Assembly: GCA_021647715.1 (NCBI GenBank)
Contig: JAKIUE010000001.1
Span: 11,285-75,284 of the forward strand
Direction of reading: 5' to 3'
Length of the DNA stretch: 64,000 nucleotides
DNA from: Sulfurovum sp.
Lineage (GTDB): Bacteria; Campylobacterota; Campylobacteria; Campylobacterales; Sulfurovaceae
Below the pieces are notes generated by a model. It ran no database searches. It was not told where the DNA came from and saw nothing but the letters and a program-made list of their open reading frames with translations. The position numbers and the translations under genes are program-made. Shown here piece after piece: positions 31,775-42,316 of this stretch. The number at the start of each line of letters is the position of its first letter. Position 1 is the stretch's first letter.

Positions 31775-32407
31775 ATGAAAACCCTTGTAAATTACATATT
31801 TATCTCATTTGTAGTCATTTTATTTTTTACATCATGTGCACAAAAAAAACCTTACAATTATCCAAATTACTCTATCATCAAGCCAGAAAAAATATGTAAA
31901 CCAAATAGAAAAAATATTCAAAAACTTCTTCTATCTTATTTAGGTAAACCTTATGTTTGGGCAGAAGAAGGACCCGATGCATTTGATTGTTCAGGACTTA
32001 CCTATAGTATCTATGGTCAAATGGGTATAGAAATACCACGTGTTGCAAGAAATCAGGCTAAAGTAGGTAAAACAATAGCATTTCAAAATCTAGACTATGG
32101 GGACCTTATCTTTTTTGGAAATACAAACAAACAAAGTAGCTATATTGACCATGTTGGTATTTATTTAGGTGAAGGTTGGTTTGCACATGCCAGTAGCCAA
32201 GATAGAAAAGTCACTGTCTCACATTTTCAAAAAGAACCTATTTACCTAAAACGTATGAAAAGCTGCAGACGATATCTAAGTAAAGATGAAAAAGCAAAAT
32301 ATATTAATTGTAATGCAAACTTAAAAAAAATAAAAACAACAAGTACACGCTACACTACACCTTGGAAAACGGGCATGAAACTACCACAAAAAGCAGTTCC
32401 CAAATAA
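31775..32407 (+). CDS. NlpC/P60 peptidoglycan endopeptidase lipoprotein
   Basis: Lipobox FTS-C, PYVWAEEGP.AFDCSG, HVGIY and FAHAS. Confidence 0.92.
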   Translation: MKTLVNYIFISFVVILFFTSCAQKKPYNYPNYSIIKPEKICKPNRKNIQKLLLSYLGKPYVWAEEGPDAFDCSGLTYSIYGQMGIEIPRVARNQAKVGKTIAFQNLDYGDLIFFGNTNKQSSYIDHVGIYLGEGWFAHASSQDRKVTVSHFQKEPIYLKRMKSCRRYLSKDEKAKYINCNANLKKIKTTSTRYTTPWKTGMKLPQKAVPK

Positions 32408-32489
32408 AAAATGTTATTTAAAAAATCTATAGGTATATGAAAGTATGAAATTAAAGCAGTTTTAAACGCAATCGCCTATAATACACGCT

Positions 32490-33404
32490 ATGAAACAATA
32501 TACTTATGCCTTACTTTTTATTGTACTACTTTTAGGATGTACCCCACCACATCATCCGAAGAATCCAAATTATGGCATAGAGAAACCTAGCGTTAAATAC
32601 CAACCCAACAAAAAAAATCTAGGTAAGATGGTCAAACAACTTCAAGGTAGTCCCTATGTATGGGCAGAAGAAGGACCAAGTCAATTTGACTGTTCTGGTT
32701 TTACCTATTATATGTATGGGAGTATGGGAATCAATATTCCTCGTGTTGCAAGACACCAAGCAAGGGTAGGTAAACGTGTTTCACCTAAAGATTTACGTTA
32801 CGGAGATCTTATATTCTTTGCAACCAGTAAAAAAAGCAATAGAAAAATTACCCATGTAGGTATGTATTTGGGTGATGGGTGGTTTACCCATGCTAGCACA
32901 ATAAAGCATGAAGTCATCTATTCTAACCTATTTACTTCATCTTACTATAAAAATAAACTACGTGTATGTCGTAGATATTTACCTGAAAATACTAGTAGAA
33001 CTGCTAAAGCTTCTACTCCAGTATGGAAAAGAACAAAAAGTGCAGAAGTCATCACTAAACCTAGCATTATTGCCACAATACAACAACCTGAGATACCTAA
33101 AAAGGGTTCATCTGCCAAAAAAGCTATTGTGATACAAGCACCCATAGAAGAAATAGAACAAACACATACAAGTGGAAATTATTATATTCAAGTTGGTTCG
33201 TTTATAGGAAACCCTAAAAATACTTTAATTAATAAAATAAGAAGACAAGGTTTCAATCATAAGATTATAAAATTCCCAAAAGGTGATAAACAAATTTCAA
33301 AGCTTCTTATAGGTGCATATGTAACACAAGCTGAAGCAACTTCTGCATTGAAAAAAGTAAAAATAAGTATTCAAAAAGATGCATTTATCGCAGAAATTCG
33401 TTAA
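32490..33404 (+). CDS. NlpC/P60 + SPOR-domain lipoprotein
   Basis: Lipobox LLG-C, FDCSG, HVGMY and a C-terminal YYIQVGSF SPOR domain. Confidence 0.92.
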   Translation: MKQYTYALLFIVLLLGCTPPHHPKNPNYGIEKPSVKYQPNKKNLGKMVKQLQGSPYVWAEEGPSQFDCSGFTYYMYGSMGINIPRVARHQARVGKRVSPKDLRYGDLIFFATSKKSNRKITHVGMYLGDGWFTHASTIKHEVIYSNLFTSSYYKNKLRVCRRYLPENTSRTAKASTPVWKRTKSAEVITKPSIIATIQQPEIPKKGSSAKKAIVIQAPIEEIEQTHTSGNYYIQVGSFIGNPKNTLINKIRRQGFNHKIIKFPKGDKQISKLLIGAYVTQAEATSALKKVKISIQKDAFIAEIR

Positions 33405-33465
33405 TTAAAAATCTTTGTAACTCTAAAATAAAGAACCTTTACCTGAAACTTGCTATACTATTTTC

Positions 33466-33855
33466 ATGAAATTAGCCAGTATAGATGTAGGACTCAAAAG
33501 AATTGGTGTGGCTATATGTCTAAATAGTGACATTGTCATACCGCAAAATGCCATTTTACGTAAAAACCGTAACCAAGCTGCACGTGAAGTAAACCTATTT
33601 TTAAAAGAGTGGGAAATAGAAAAACTTGTTGTAGGTCTTCCTCTTAATGCAAGAAGTTCAGAAGAAATGGAACGGCGTATCAAACATTTTGTATCTCTCC
33701 TTGATATCTCTATCCCTATTTCATACCAAGATGAGCAAATCTCAAGTATAGAAGCCAAAGAACTCACACAAGGAATATTCAAACATAAAAAAGATGGGAA
33801 GATAGATTCTATTGCTGCAAAAATAATATTAGAACGTTATCTTATAAAAAAATAA
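33466..33855 (+). CDS. ruvX: RuvX/YqgF pre-16S rRNA nuclease
   Basis: IDVGLKRIGVA, VVGLP, DEQISS and IDSIAAKIIL. Confidence 0.93.
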   Translation: MKLASIDVGLKRIGVAICLNSDIVIPQNAILRKNRNQAAREVNLFLKEWEIEKLVVGLPLNARSSEEMERRIKHFVSLLDISIPISYQDEQISSIEAKELTQGIFKHKKDGKIDSIAAKIILERYLIKK

Positions 33856-33944
33856 ACTATTTTCTTCTAAACTTTTTATATAATCCAAACAAGATTGGGC
33901 CATATCTAATTACTTTCCATATGATATTTTTCATTTTTTCTCCT

Positions 33945-35027
33945 TTACAGTTTTTCTTTTAATTTTTGTATACGCGTGTATGCTTTTTCTATAGTCTTTT
34001 TTCTTACTTTACCTGATTCTATCAAGTTTCTAATTGTATTCACCAACTTTTTAGTTGTTTTAACACGTTTAGAATCCAATTGATTTCCTATTAAAAGAAT
34101 ATCGTTTCCTGCATTGATTGCCAACTGAAGTGTATTTTTTAAACCATACTTTTTACTTATAGCACCCATTTGTAAATCATCAGTTATTACAACCCCATGA
34201 TATCCTAACTTCCAACGCAATATTTTTGTTATCGTCTTATAAGAAAGACTTGCTGGGTATTTACTATCTAGTTTTTTATTAAACACATGTGCTACCATAA
34301 CAGTATCAGCCTTATCTTTTAGCAGTCTATATGGTTCTAGTTCAACCTTTTTCCAAAGCTTAGTAACATCCACATAACCTTTATGTGTATCTCCCATAGA
34401 GGAGCCATGCCCTGGAAAATGTTTTATCGAAGTAAGCACACCATTTTTATGCATAGCATCTATAAAAGTGGAAGCGTATTTAGCAACAATTTTAGGATCT
34501 TTTCCAAAAGAACGTCCTAATCCATGGATAACATGATTCTTCATATTAATGTCTAAATCTACCACAGGCGCTAAATCATAATTAATACCTACGGACTTAA
34601 GTTCTAAACTCATTTTTTCATAAGTACTTTTAATCTGTCCTTGATTCATCTTTATAACATCAGAAGCCTTTGGAAACTTACCATAAAATCCATATTTTCT
34701 TTTTAAACGCTGTACTTTACCACCTTCTTGATCAACTGCAATGAGCAGTTTACCATCTTTACTACAGTCTTGTAATTCTTTTGTAAGTTGCTTTAATTGG
34801 CTTTTTCTTGCAATGTTTTTAGGTTTATTTTTATTGACAGGATTATAATCAAAAAGTATGACTGCCCCTATATTATATTTTTTTATATCTTTACAAATTT
34901 GACTGTTCTTATCTGCAGTAGTACCATAGAAACCAACCATAAGCATCTGACCTATCTTTTCTTCAAGTGTTACTGCATTTAAAGGGTATATTACGCCTAT
35001 CGTAAGAAGTAAAATCTTTTTTATCAT
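33945..35027 (-). CDS. Exported GH3 beta-N-acetylhexosaminidase (NagZ-like)
   Basis: Signal peptide, AVDQEGG, LAPVVD, KHFPGHG and ITDDLQM. Confidence 0.9.
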   Translation of the reverse strand: MIKKILLLTIGVIYPLNAVTLEEKIGQMLMVGFYGTTADKNSQICKDIKKYNIGAVILFDYNPVNKNKPKNIARKSQLKQLTKELQDCSKDGKLLIAVDQEGGKVQRLKRKYGFYGKFPKASDVIKMNQGQIKSTYEKMSLELKSVGINYDLAPVVDLDINMKNHVIHGLGRSFGKDPKIVAKYASTFIDAMHKNGVLTSIKHFPGHGSSMGDTHKGYVDVTKLWKKVELEPYRLLKDKADTVMVAHVFNKKLDSKYPASLSYKTITKILRWKLGYHGVVITDDLQMGAISKKYGLKNTLQLAINAGNDILLIGNQLDSKRVKTTKKLVNTIRNLIESGKVRKKTIEKAYTRIQKLKEKL

Positions 35028-35298
35028 TTATATGTCCTCTATTTTAATTCAATATTATAGTGTAATACTCTTTATTTGCATACGGTTAACCTTAGTAACT
35101 TATAATACTTCCATAAGAGCATTTGGGCTATCTAAAATATTCCCTCCCTATCCCTTTATTTTAGATTTCTCCTTTTATAATTTTCCTAAAACATTTACCA
35201 AATGCTCTTTAATTCGACACACAAATAAAAAATCATTGAAAACTACACAATTATTACATAATATTTATTGTATAATAAAAGAAAAAGGCTCATTTATC

Positions 35299-35850
35299 AT
35301 GAAACATAACATAATTAAATTACTACTATTACTTTCATTTTTTACCATGTCTCAAGCAGTAGAAAAAAAACCAGCACCACTGATGATGTCTATGACAGAT
35401 ATCAATGGTAAAACGTATAATGTTGAAGGAACAGAACAAGGACTGAACATTCAAGGACTTAAAGGTAAAGTAGTCTTTTTAGAGTTTTTTGGACATAAAT
35501 GTCCCCCATGTTTAGCATCTATCCCTCATCTTATCAAATTACAAGAAAAACATAAAGATAAACTTGCAATTGTCTCCATTGAGGTACAAGGCTACAACAG
35601 CGAACAAACAAAAAAGTTTGTCAAAGAGAAAAACATAAACTATATTGTACTCTCCGAAGAAAAAGCTTCTGATGTTGTAAGATATATTCAACAAAGAGCT
35701 CAATGGAAAGGTAGTATTCCTTTTCTTGTTGCACTAGATACAAAAGGGGATGTCCAGTTTGTACAAGCAGGTATGCTTCCGGAAGCATCACTAGAAGACC
35801 TTATACAACAATTATCAGAAAAAAGTATAGATACAAATACTTCAAAATAA
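35299..35850 (+). CDS. TlpA-family thiol:disulfide oxidoreductase
   Basis: Signal peptide from ATG 35299, CPPC active site and cis-Pro IP. The upstream 89 aa in the ORF track look spurious. Confidence 0.88.
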   Translation: MKHNIIKLLLLLSFFTMSQAVEKKPAPLMMSMTDINGKTYNVEGTEQGLNIQGLKGKVVFLEFFGHKCPPCLASIPHLIKLQEKHKDKLAIVSIEVQGYNSEQTKKFVKEKNINYIVLSEEKASDVVRYIQQRAQWKGSIPFLVALDTKGDVQFVQAGMLPEASLEDLIQQLSEKSIDTNTSK

Positions 35851-35869
35851 AGCACAAAATCTACAGTTA

Positions 35870-36646
35870 TTAATTCAGTCTCACGGTACCATTATGTACC
35901 GTGATGAGTCCATCAAGTTCTGCTTCATACACTCTGTCACCAAACTTACTTACAGTCGCATCAAAACTTGGTGATAACTGACAAAAGTAAAAAAAATCAT
36001 CTTTTACTACATGATTCTCTGCCCTCTTTCCAAAGTGAGATACAAAAGAGTCTATATTTGTAATGGCTATAGCTTTACCTTCATCTAACAGTTTTTGTGT
36101 CCCTAAGCTCTCGGTTAATCTGTGGGGTAACACATAAATTTGTTTGTCCATTTTTAAGGCATACTCAACTGAACGCATAGACCCACTATCTAAGTCTGCT
36201 TCTGTTACTATGAGAATATCCCCAAGTGCTACGACTAATTCATTTCTAACCACAAAACTCCAACCTGTAGCCCTAAAAGCATCCTTGAATTGACTCAATA
36301 CTAAGCCATTTTCTTCTATCTCTTCTATAAGGTTTTTGTTTACCGCAGGATAGCGAATATCTAGACCATTTGCTACAACAGCTATAGTGCTATCACTTCC
36401 TGCTCCCTCATGGGCAATAGCATCTACACCCATCGCAGCACCACTGACAACACAAACGCCTCTAAGGGAAAGTTCTTTGGCTAATTTATATGTAAATTCT
36501 CGTGTATATGTACTTAAGCGCCTACTCCCTACTATAGATACTTTGGGACGTTTTAGTAAACGTAAATCACCTTTATAAAAAATATTTTCAGGATATTTTT
36601 TCATACTTTCTAATGCAATAATATGTTCTATGATAGTTTGATGCAT
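35870..36646 (-). CDS. dprA: DNA-processing protein DprA (Campylobacterota short form)
   Basis: VSIVGSR, VSGAAMGVDAIAH, RNELVVALG and EADLDSGS. Confidence 0.95.
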   Translation of the reverse strand: MHQTIIEHIIALESMKKYPENIFYKGDLRLLKRPKVSIVGSRRLSTYTREFTYKLAKELSLRGVCVVSGAAMGVDAIAHEGAGSDSTIAVVANGLDIRYPAVNKNLIEEIEENGLVLSQFKDAFRATGWSFVVRNELVVALGDILIVTEADLDSGSMRSVEYALKMDKQIYVLPHRLTESLGTQKLLDEGKAIAITNIDSFVSHFGKRAENHVVKDDFFYFCQLSPSFDATVSKFGDRVYEAELDGLITVHNGTVRLN

Positions 36647-36724
36647 ATTAGACCTTTAATTCCATTTTATGCATCATAACAAAGAAAAACACGTATGTAT
36701 AAAAATATGTCAGATTGTCATACT

Positions 36725-38059
36725 TTATAAAAGTAGGTCCCACAAAAAATAAGCAATCAATGTAAGTACTGTCACCCCAATAAAATTAAGTTTGAATCCC
36801 ACACTAGCCATTTGCTTTATACTAATCACTCGAGAAGACATTACAATAGCATTGGGTGGTGTAGCAATAGGCAACATAAAAGCATAAGACGCTGCTACCG
36901 TAGCTACCATTAGAAGCATCATACCCTCTTGTTCAGGCATTGTTTTTGCAAACTCATAGAAGATAGGTATGGCTATGGAGGTCAATGCTGTATTGGATGT
37001 TATCTCTGTAGAAAAAGTAACAAAAAGTGCTACTACTATAAACATACCCAAAAGAGGGAAAGACGCTATAAAATCTAATTTTGTAGCAATATTTTCTGCA
37101 AGCCCCGTCTGTATAAAGGCTGCAGCAATAGAGAACCCAGCTCCAAACAAAAATATTATTTCATAAGGCATGGATCGTGTATCTTCCCACTCTAAAAAAC
37201 CAATGCGAGGTACAAACATCAAAAGACCAAAACCAAGCAATACCAACTTTTCATCTAAAGCCATTCCAAAAGATTGTTTCATAAATGTATTGGCTATTAA
37301 AACTATTGCGAGTATGACAATAATACTATACAACCTTTTTTGTGTAGAGCTAAGTTCAGGTACACTGTGACTTACATCTTCAACAGATTCATCATTGACC
37401 CCTATAGAGAGTAAATAAGGCATGATAAGCAACATTAACCCTACGACAGGTAGCATTACCATCACCCACTCACCAAAAGCGAGTGTAGGTAATTTATGCT
37501 CTTCTAAGAACCCAAGTAAAATAAGATTTGGTGCTGTACCTATAGGAGTTAATATGCCTCCTATACTTGCTCCGTATGCTGTAGCCAACAAAAACCTTAC
37601 TTTTAATTTTAAATTTTCACTTAAAAAAAGTGCTATAGGCATAAGCATAAGAGTAATAGTCGTATTAGATAAAATAGAACTGAGCAACGCAGAAGTAATC
37701 GCCAATGCATAAATGATCCCTCTTGCAGTTTTAGGGAAAAGACTCAATAGTTTTGAAGAGAAATACTTGTGTAATCCTATCTTTTCTATGGCTATGGCAA
37801 GCATGAAACCGCCTAAAAAAAGAAATATAATAGATTTTGAATAATTTGCAGTAACTGCGTTGGTATCTAAGATACCAAAAATAGGAAAAAGAAGTATCGG
37901 TAAAATAGAGACTGCCCCTAAAGGCATCGCCTCATTTGTCCAAAGTGTGACTAAAAATGCTACCAAACCTATGAGTGTTGCATGCTGTACACTAAACCAC
38001 AATAAAGCTAAAGCAAAAAAGACAATACCTAAGATGATAGCAATAGCAATACCTTTCAT
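36725..38059 (-). CDS. SLC13/DASS sodium-coupled anion transporter
   Basis: SNTTITLMLMP, GGILTPIGTAPN, TEITSNTA and MLPIATPPNAIV. Confidence 0.93.
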   Translation of the reverse strand: MKGIAIAIILGIVFFALALLWFSVQHATLIGLVAFLVTLWTNEAMPLGAVSILPILLFPIFGILDTNAVTANYSKSIIFLFLGGFMLAIAIEKIGLHKYFSSKLLSLFPKTARGIIYALAITSALLSSILSNTTITLMLMPIALFLSENLKLKVRFLLATAYGASIGGILTPIGTAPNLILLGFLEEHKLPTLAFGEWVMVMLPVVGLMLLIMPYLLSIGVNDESVEDVSHSVPELSSTQKRLYSIIVILAIVLIANTFMKQSFGMALDEKLVLLGFGLLMFVPRIGFLEWEDTRSMPYEIIFLFGAGFSIAAAFIQTGLAENIATKLDFIASFPLLGMFIVVALFVTFSTEITSNTALTSIAIPIFYEFAKTMPEQEGMMLLMVATVAASYAFMLPIATPPNAIVMSSRVISIKQMASVGFKLNFIGVTVLTLIAYFLWDLLL

Positions 38060-39115
38060 CTATTTTCTTCTATAAATTTCATCAATATATACCAATTCTA
38101 CATCTTTTAAAATAGATTTCGCATGTTTGAGTGCTTGCATAGTTACTTTGTGAGGATGTCCTATGGCTATGGCATAACCTTTTTTCTTTGCTTTTTTTAC
38201 TGCTAGTTGTAACTTTTTTTTTATATATTTTACAGTATGCACATTATCAATAAAACTATCTCTTCGTACATAAGCATCTCCATATTCATCTGCGATTTTT
38301 TCCACTTTTGAAGAAGCTTTTGTAAAACTATCCACAAAGACAAACCCCTCAATCCTAAGAGCAGTATAAAGCTTTTTCATAACACCATAGTTAGAGGTAA
38401 AAACAGAACCTGTATGATTATTTACATATTTTCCCGTTGGAAAAAGTGTACGAAGCTCCATGACACGATCTGCTATCTGTTCATCTGAAAAAGATTTCAT
38501 AAGTGTTTTAGTCTGTCTATTAAACTTTTTAGTCTTAGATTCCATTGGCAGGTGGATCATGTAATGTTTCAAATCCTTTGCTAAAAGATGACTTTTTTTA
38601 GACAAAGAAAAAGAAGGGAAAATAGAAGGTGTTATTTTCATCTTTAAGTTTTGAATCATTTTCAATTGTTTTTTAGTATGCACATCATCTATTACGATAA
38701 CTAATTTAGGTTTATTCCCTTTATACGCTAAAAGAATACGCTCTTCTTTTGAAAAAGATTTCGTACTTTTTTCTTCTTTCTTTATTTTTTCTTTTTTTCT
38801 CTCATCTTTTATTATCTCTTTGTCTTTGAGGATAACAGGTTTTTTAAGTTCTTTAGTGTCTTGTGGTTTTACAATAACCCTTTTAGTCTCATCATCAGGT
38901 TTTTTAGTTTTAGATAAGTCTTTTGAAACATTGCCCTGCTTCATAGGTTTTGTTTCCGATTTTTGCCCTAGAAAATAGCCAAATACAACTAAAGCAATTA
39001 CCAACAATACAGAAACAATAATAAATAGACTTTTTTTAAACGTAGTTTTAATTTTTTTATTTGATGTTTTGTGTTGACGCTTAGGTGAAGATATTTTTTT
39101 AGGTTTTTCTGCCAT
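38060..39115 (-). CDS. Divergent polysaccharide deacetylase family protein
   Basis: N-terminal TM, VIVIDD, IHLPME, NNHTGS, FVDS and IAIGHPH. Confidence 0.92.
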   Translation of the reverse strand: MAEKPKKISSPKRQHKTSNKKIKTTFKKSLFIIVSVLLVIALVVFGYFLGQKSETKPMKQGNVSKDLSKTKKPDDETKRVIVKPQDTKELKKPVILKDKEIIKDERKKEKIKKEEKSTKSFSKEERILLAYKGNKPKLVIVIDDVHTKKQLKMIQNLKMKITPSIFPSFSLSKKSHLLAKDLKHYMIHLPMESKTKKFNRQTKTLMKSFSDEQIADRVMELRTLFPTGKYVNNHTGSVFTSNYGVMKKLYTALRIEGFVFVDSFTKASSKVEKIADEYGDAYVRRDSFIDNVHTVKYIKKKLQLAVKKAKKKGYAIAIGHPHKVTMQALKHAKSILKDVELVYIDEIYRRK

Positions 39116-39163
39116 AAGTTCCGCTACTATATTTTTAAAATATTATAGCGAATAAGCATTAAG

Positions 39164-39228
39164 ATTTGGAGGAGGGAGGCTACAGAGTAGTAGCTGACTG
39201 AACACACCCTCCGAAGATGCTCTCAAAT
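39164..39228. terminator. Nested hairpin downstream of ilvC
   Basis: ATTTG/CAAAT outer pair, GGAGGG/CCCTCC and GCTAC/GTAGC inner pairs. Confidence 0.4.
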
Positions 39229-39255
39229 AAGAAATCTGTGAAATAAGAAAAAAGC

Positions 39256-40284
<1,029 letters not shown>

Positions 40285-40414
40285 TTATCCTTATGTGTTT
40301 AATAAATTTTCGCGATTATACCTAAAACTTGCTTATTCTCTTTACTTTTTATACAGCGATTTTGCTATTAATCTTTTATGATATAATTAATTTAAATAAA
40401 ACTTAGGAGTTATT

Positions 40415-40867
40415 ATGATTGAATATTTAGATCTAAATATTATATGGTGGCACTGGCTCATCATAGGTTTTATCTTACTTATCTTAGAAATGAACACTGG
40501 AACTTTTGTCATCTTAGGTTTAGGTCTTTCTGCCATCATAGTGGGTATACTAGATTTAGTCATGCCCATGACTTTTATGAACCAAGTTCTTAGCTGGATA
40601 GTTCTTTCTTTACTCTCACTTTGGGCATGGAAACGCTGGGTAAAAATAGAACATGTCAGTAATACTGGGCAATCCAACTATAACCTAGATACCCTAGGAA
40701 CTGTCACATCATCCATAGCACCAAATAGCCGGGGTAAAGTCACCTTTGATACACCAATACTAGGCAACACCACATGGACTGCAACCTCAACACATAGTAT
40801 AGACATAGATTCACGTATTAAAATAGTCGAAATACACGGACAACTCATTGAAGTTGAAAAAGCATAA
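40415..40867 (+). CDS. NfeD-family (short) membrane protein
   Basis: WWHWLIIG..L..LE, TM segments and an OB-like C-terminus; directly upstream of an SPFH gene. Confidence 0.88.
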   Translation: MIEYLDLNIIWWHWLIIGFILLILEMNTGTFVILGLGLSAIIVGILDLVMPMTFMNQVLSWIVLSLLSLWAWKRWVKIEHVSNTGQSNYNLDTLGTVTSSIAPNSRGKVTFDTPILGNTTWTATSTHSIDIDSRIKIVEIHGQLIEVEKA

Positions 40868-40887
40868 CACAAAATTAAGGAGAAATC

Positions 40888-41745
40888 ATGGAAGCATTAA
40901 ATGTAGTAGTCATCTTGGCGATACTTGTCGTAGTCACCCTCTATAAGGGTATCAACATTGTTCCACAAGGTGAAGAGTGGCTCGTAGAAAGACTAGGTAA
41001 GTTTTCACGAGTACTGAACCCTGGATTAAACCTCATCGTACCTTATATTGACTCTGTACGTCAGAAGATAACCACACGTGACATCATCTTAGACATCCCA
41101 CAACAAGAAGTCATCACACGTGATAATGCTGTGATTCTTACTAATGCTGTAGCATTTATAAAGGTAACTAAACCAGAAAATGCACTCTATGGTGTAGAAG
41201 ACTTTCGCGTAGCTATCCAGCAACTTATCATGACAACACTTCGTTCTATACTAGGAGAGATGACTTTAGATGAAGCACTCAGTAACCGTGAACACATAAA
41301 AACCAAGCTCAAAGATGCCATTATAGATGATGTAGCAGATTGGGGAGTCACTGTAAAATCAGTTGAGATTCAAGATATCAACCCAAGCCAATCTATGCAA
41401 GCTTCGATGGAAAGACAAGCCGCAGCAGAACGTGAAAGACGTGCTATTGAGACCACCGCAGAGGGTAACAAAAATGCTGCCATTTTAGAAGCCGACGGTA
41501 AACTAGCAGCCGCAGAGCGTGAAGCCAAAGCACAAATCACCCTAGCAAATGCCTCTGCCGAAGCCATCAGAATGATAAGCGAAAACATCCAAGACAAAGA
41601 ACTCCCTGCAATGTTCCTGCTCGGAGACCGCTACATCAACTCACTTGAGCAAATAAGTAAAAGCGACAACTCAAAGTTCGTCATCTACCCTGCTGACTTA
41701 CAAGGGGCTATTAAAGGTATGTTGGGAAATGTGTTTAAGAAATAA
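40888..41745 (+). CDS. SPFH/stomatin-like protein (QmcA-like)
   Basis: IVPQGEEWLVERLGKF, QEVITRDN and WGVTVKSVEIQDI. Confidence 0.95.
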   Translation: MEALNVVVILAILVVVTLYKGINIVPQGEEWLVERLGKFSRVLNPGLNLIVPYIDSVRQKITTRDIILDIPQQEVITRDNAVILTNAVAFIKVTKPENALYGVEDFRVAIQQLIMTTLRSILGEMTLDEALSNREHIKTKLKDAIIDDVADWGVTVKSVEIQDINPSQSMQASMERQAAAERERRAIETTAEGNKNAAILEADGKLAAAEREAKAQITLANASAEAIRMISENIQDKELPAMFLLGDRYINSLEQISKSDNSKFVIYPADLQGAIKGMLGNVFKK

Positions 41746-41810
41746 AGTATTAAAAAAGCCTTGTTATTTTTTATAAAATATAAAGCAAACAAGGAAGAAG
41801 AGTAAAGTGC

Positions 41811-42233
41811 CTACTCTCCTCCTCTCACACACCTCACATATTTTTTATAATAAGAAGACTTAGAATAATAGTCACTATTCCCACTATCAAATCTAACAAC
41901 AAAGGCATATCTTGTACTATCTGCCTTGGTAGTTGATGACCAATAATTGTCTTGTGCTGTATTTTGAAACACCAATGTAATAGCAGGGTTTGCACGTGTA
42001 TCATCTACAATAGAGTGAAGCTCTCTTATATTTGGCACTCTCCAATCCGTAAACCCACCTAAATCAAGTGCCGCACACTCTTCTATAGCACGTTCCCAAC
42101 TAAGTTCTTCACTGATGGTATCATCTTGCCACTGCAACTTTGTGATACTGTCTGTAACAATACCTCCTTTTTTAGTCAGTCCTGCAAAAAGTATCGTGCT
42201 TAAACCCAGTATTATTAAAAACATTTTTTTCAT
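41811..42233 (-). CDS. DUF1566 (Lcl C-terminal, CLec-like) exported protein
   Basis: VTDSITKLQWQ, SWERAIEEC, WRVPNIREL, YWSST and VRCVR. Confidence 0.88.
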   Translation of the reverse strand: MKKMFLIILGLSTILFAGLTKKGGIVTDSITKLQWQDDTISEELSWERAIEECAALDLGGFTDWRVPNIRELHSIVDDTRANPAITLVFQNTAQDNYWSSTTKADSTRYAFVVRFDSGNSDYYSKSSYYKKYVRCVRGGE

Positions 42234-42316
42234 CTTATACTCCTTTTATCTTTCTAATCATCATTAAGTATAGCTAAGCACTTACTACTTAACTACACCA
42301 CTCTCATTCTCTACTT

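Noticed and set aside
35032-35298. 89 aa N-terminal extension of the TlpA protein in the ORF track
   Set aside because: It is AT-rich promoter-region sequence, and a clear signal peptide begins at ATG 35299.
41788-41823. Purine/pyrimidine inverted segment at the DUF1566 gene end as a mobile-element end
   Set aside because: It is an imperfect hairpin between convergent genes, best explained as a terminator, and has no partner repeat.
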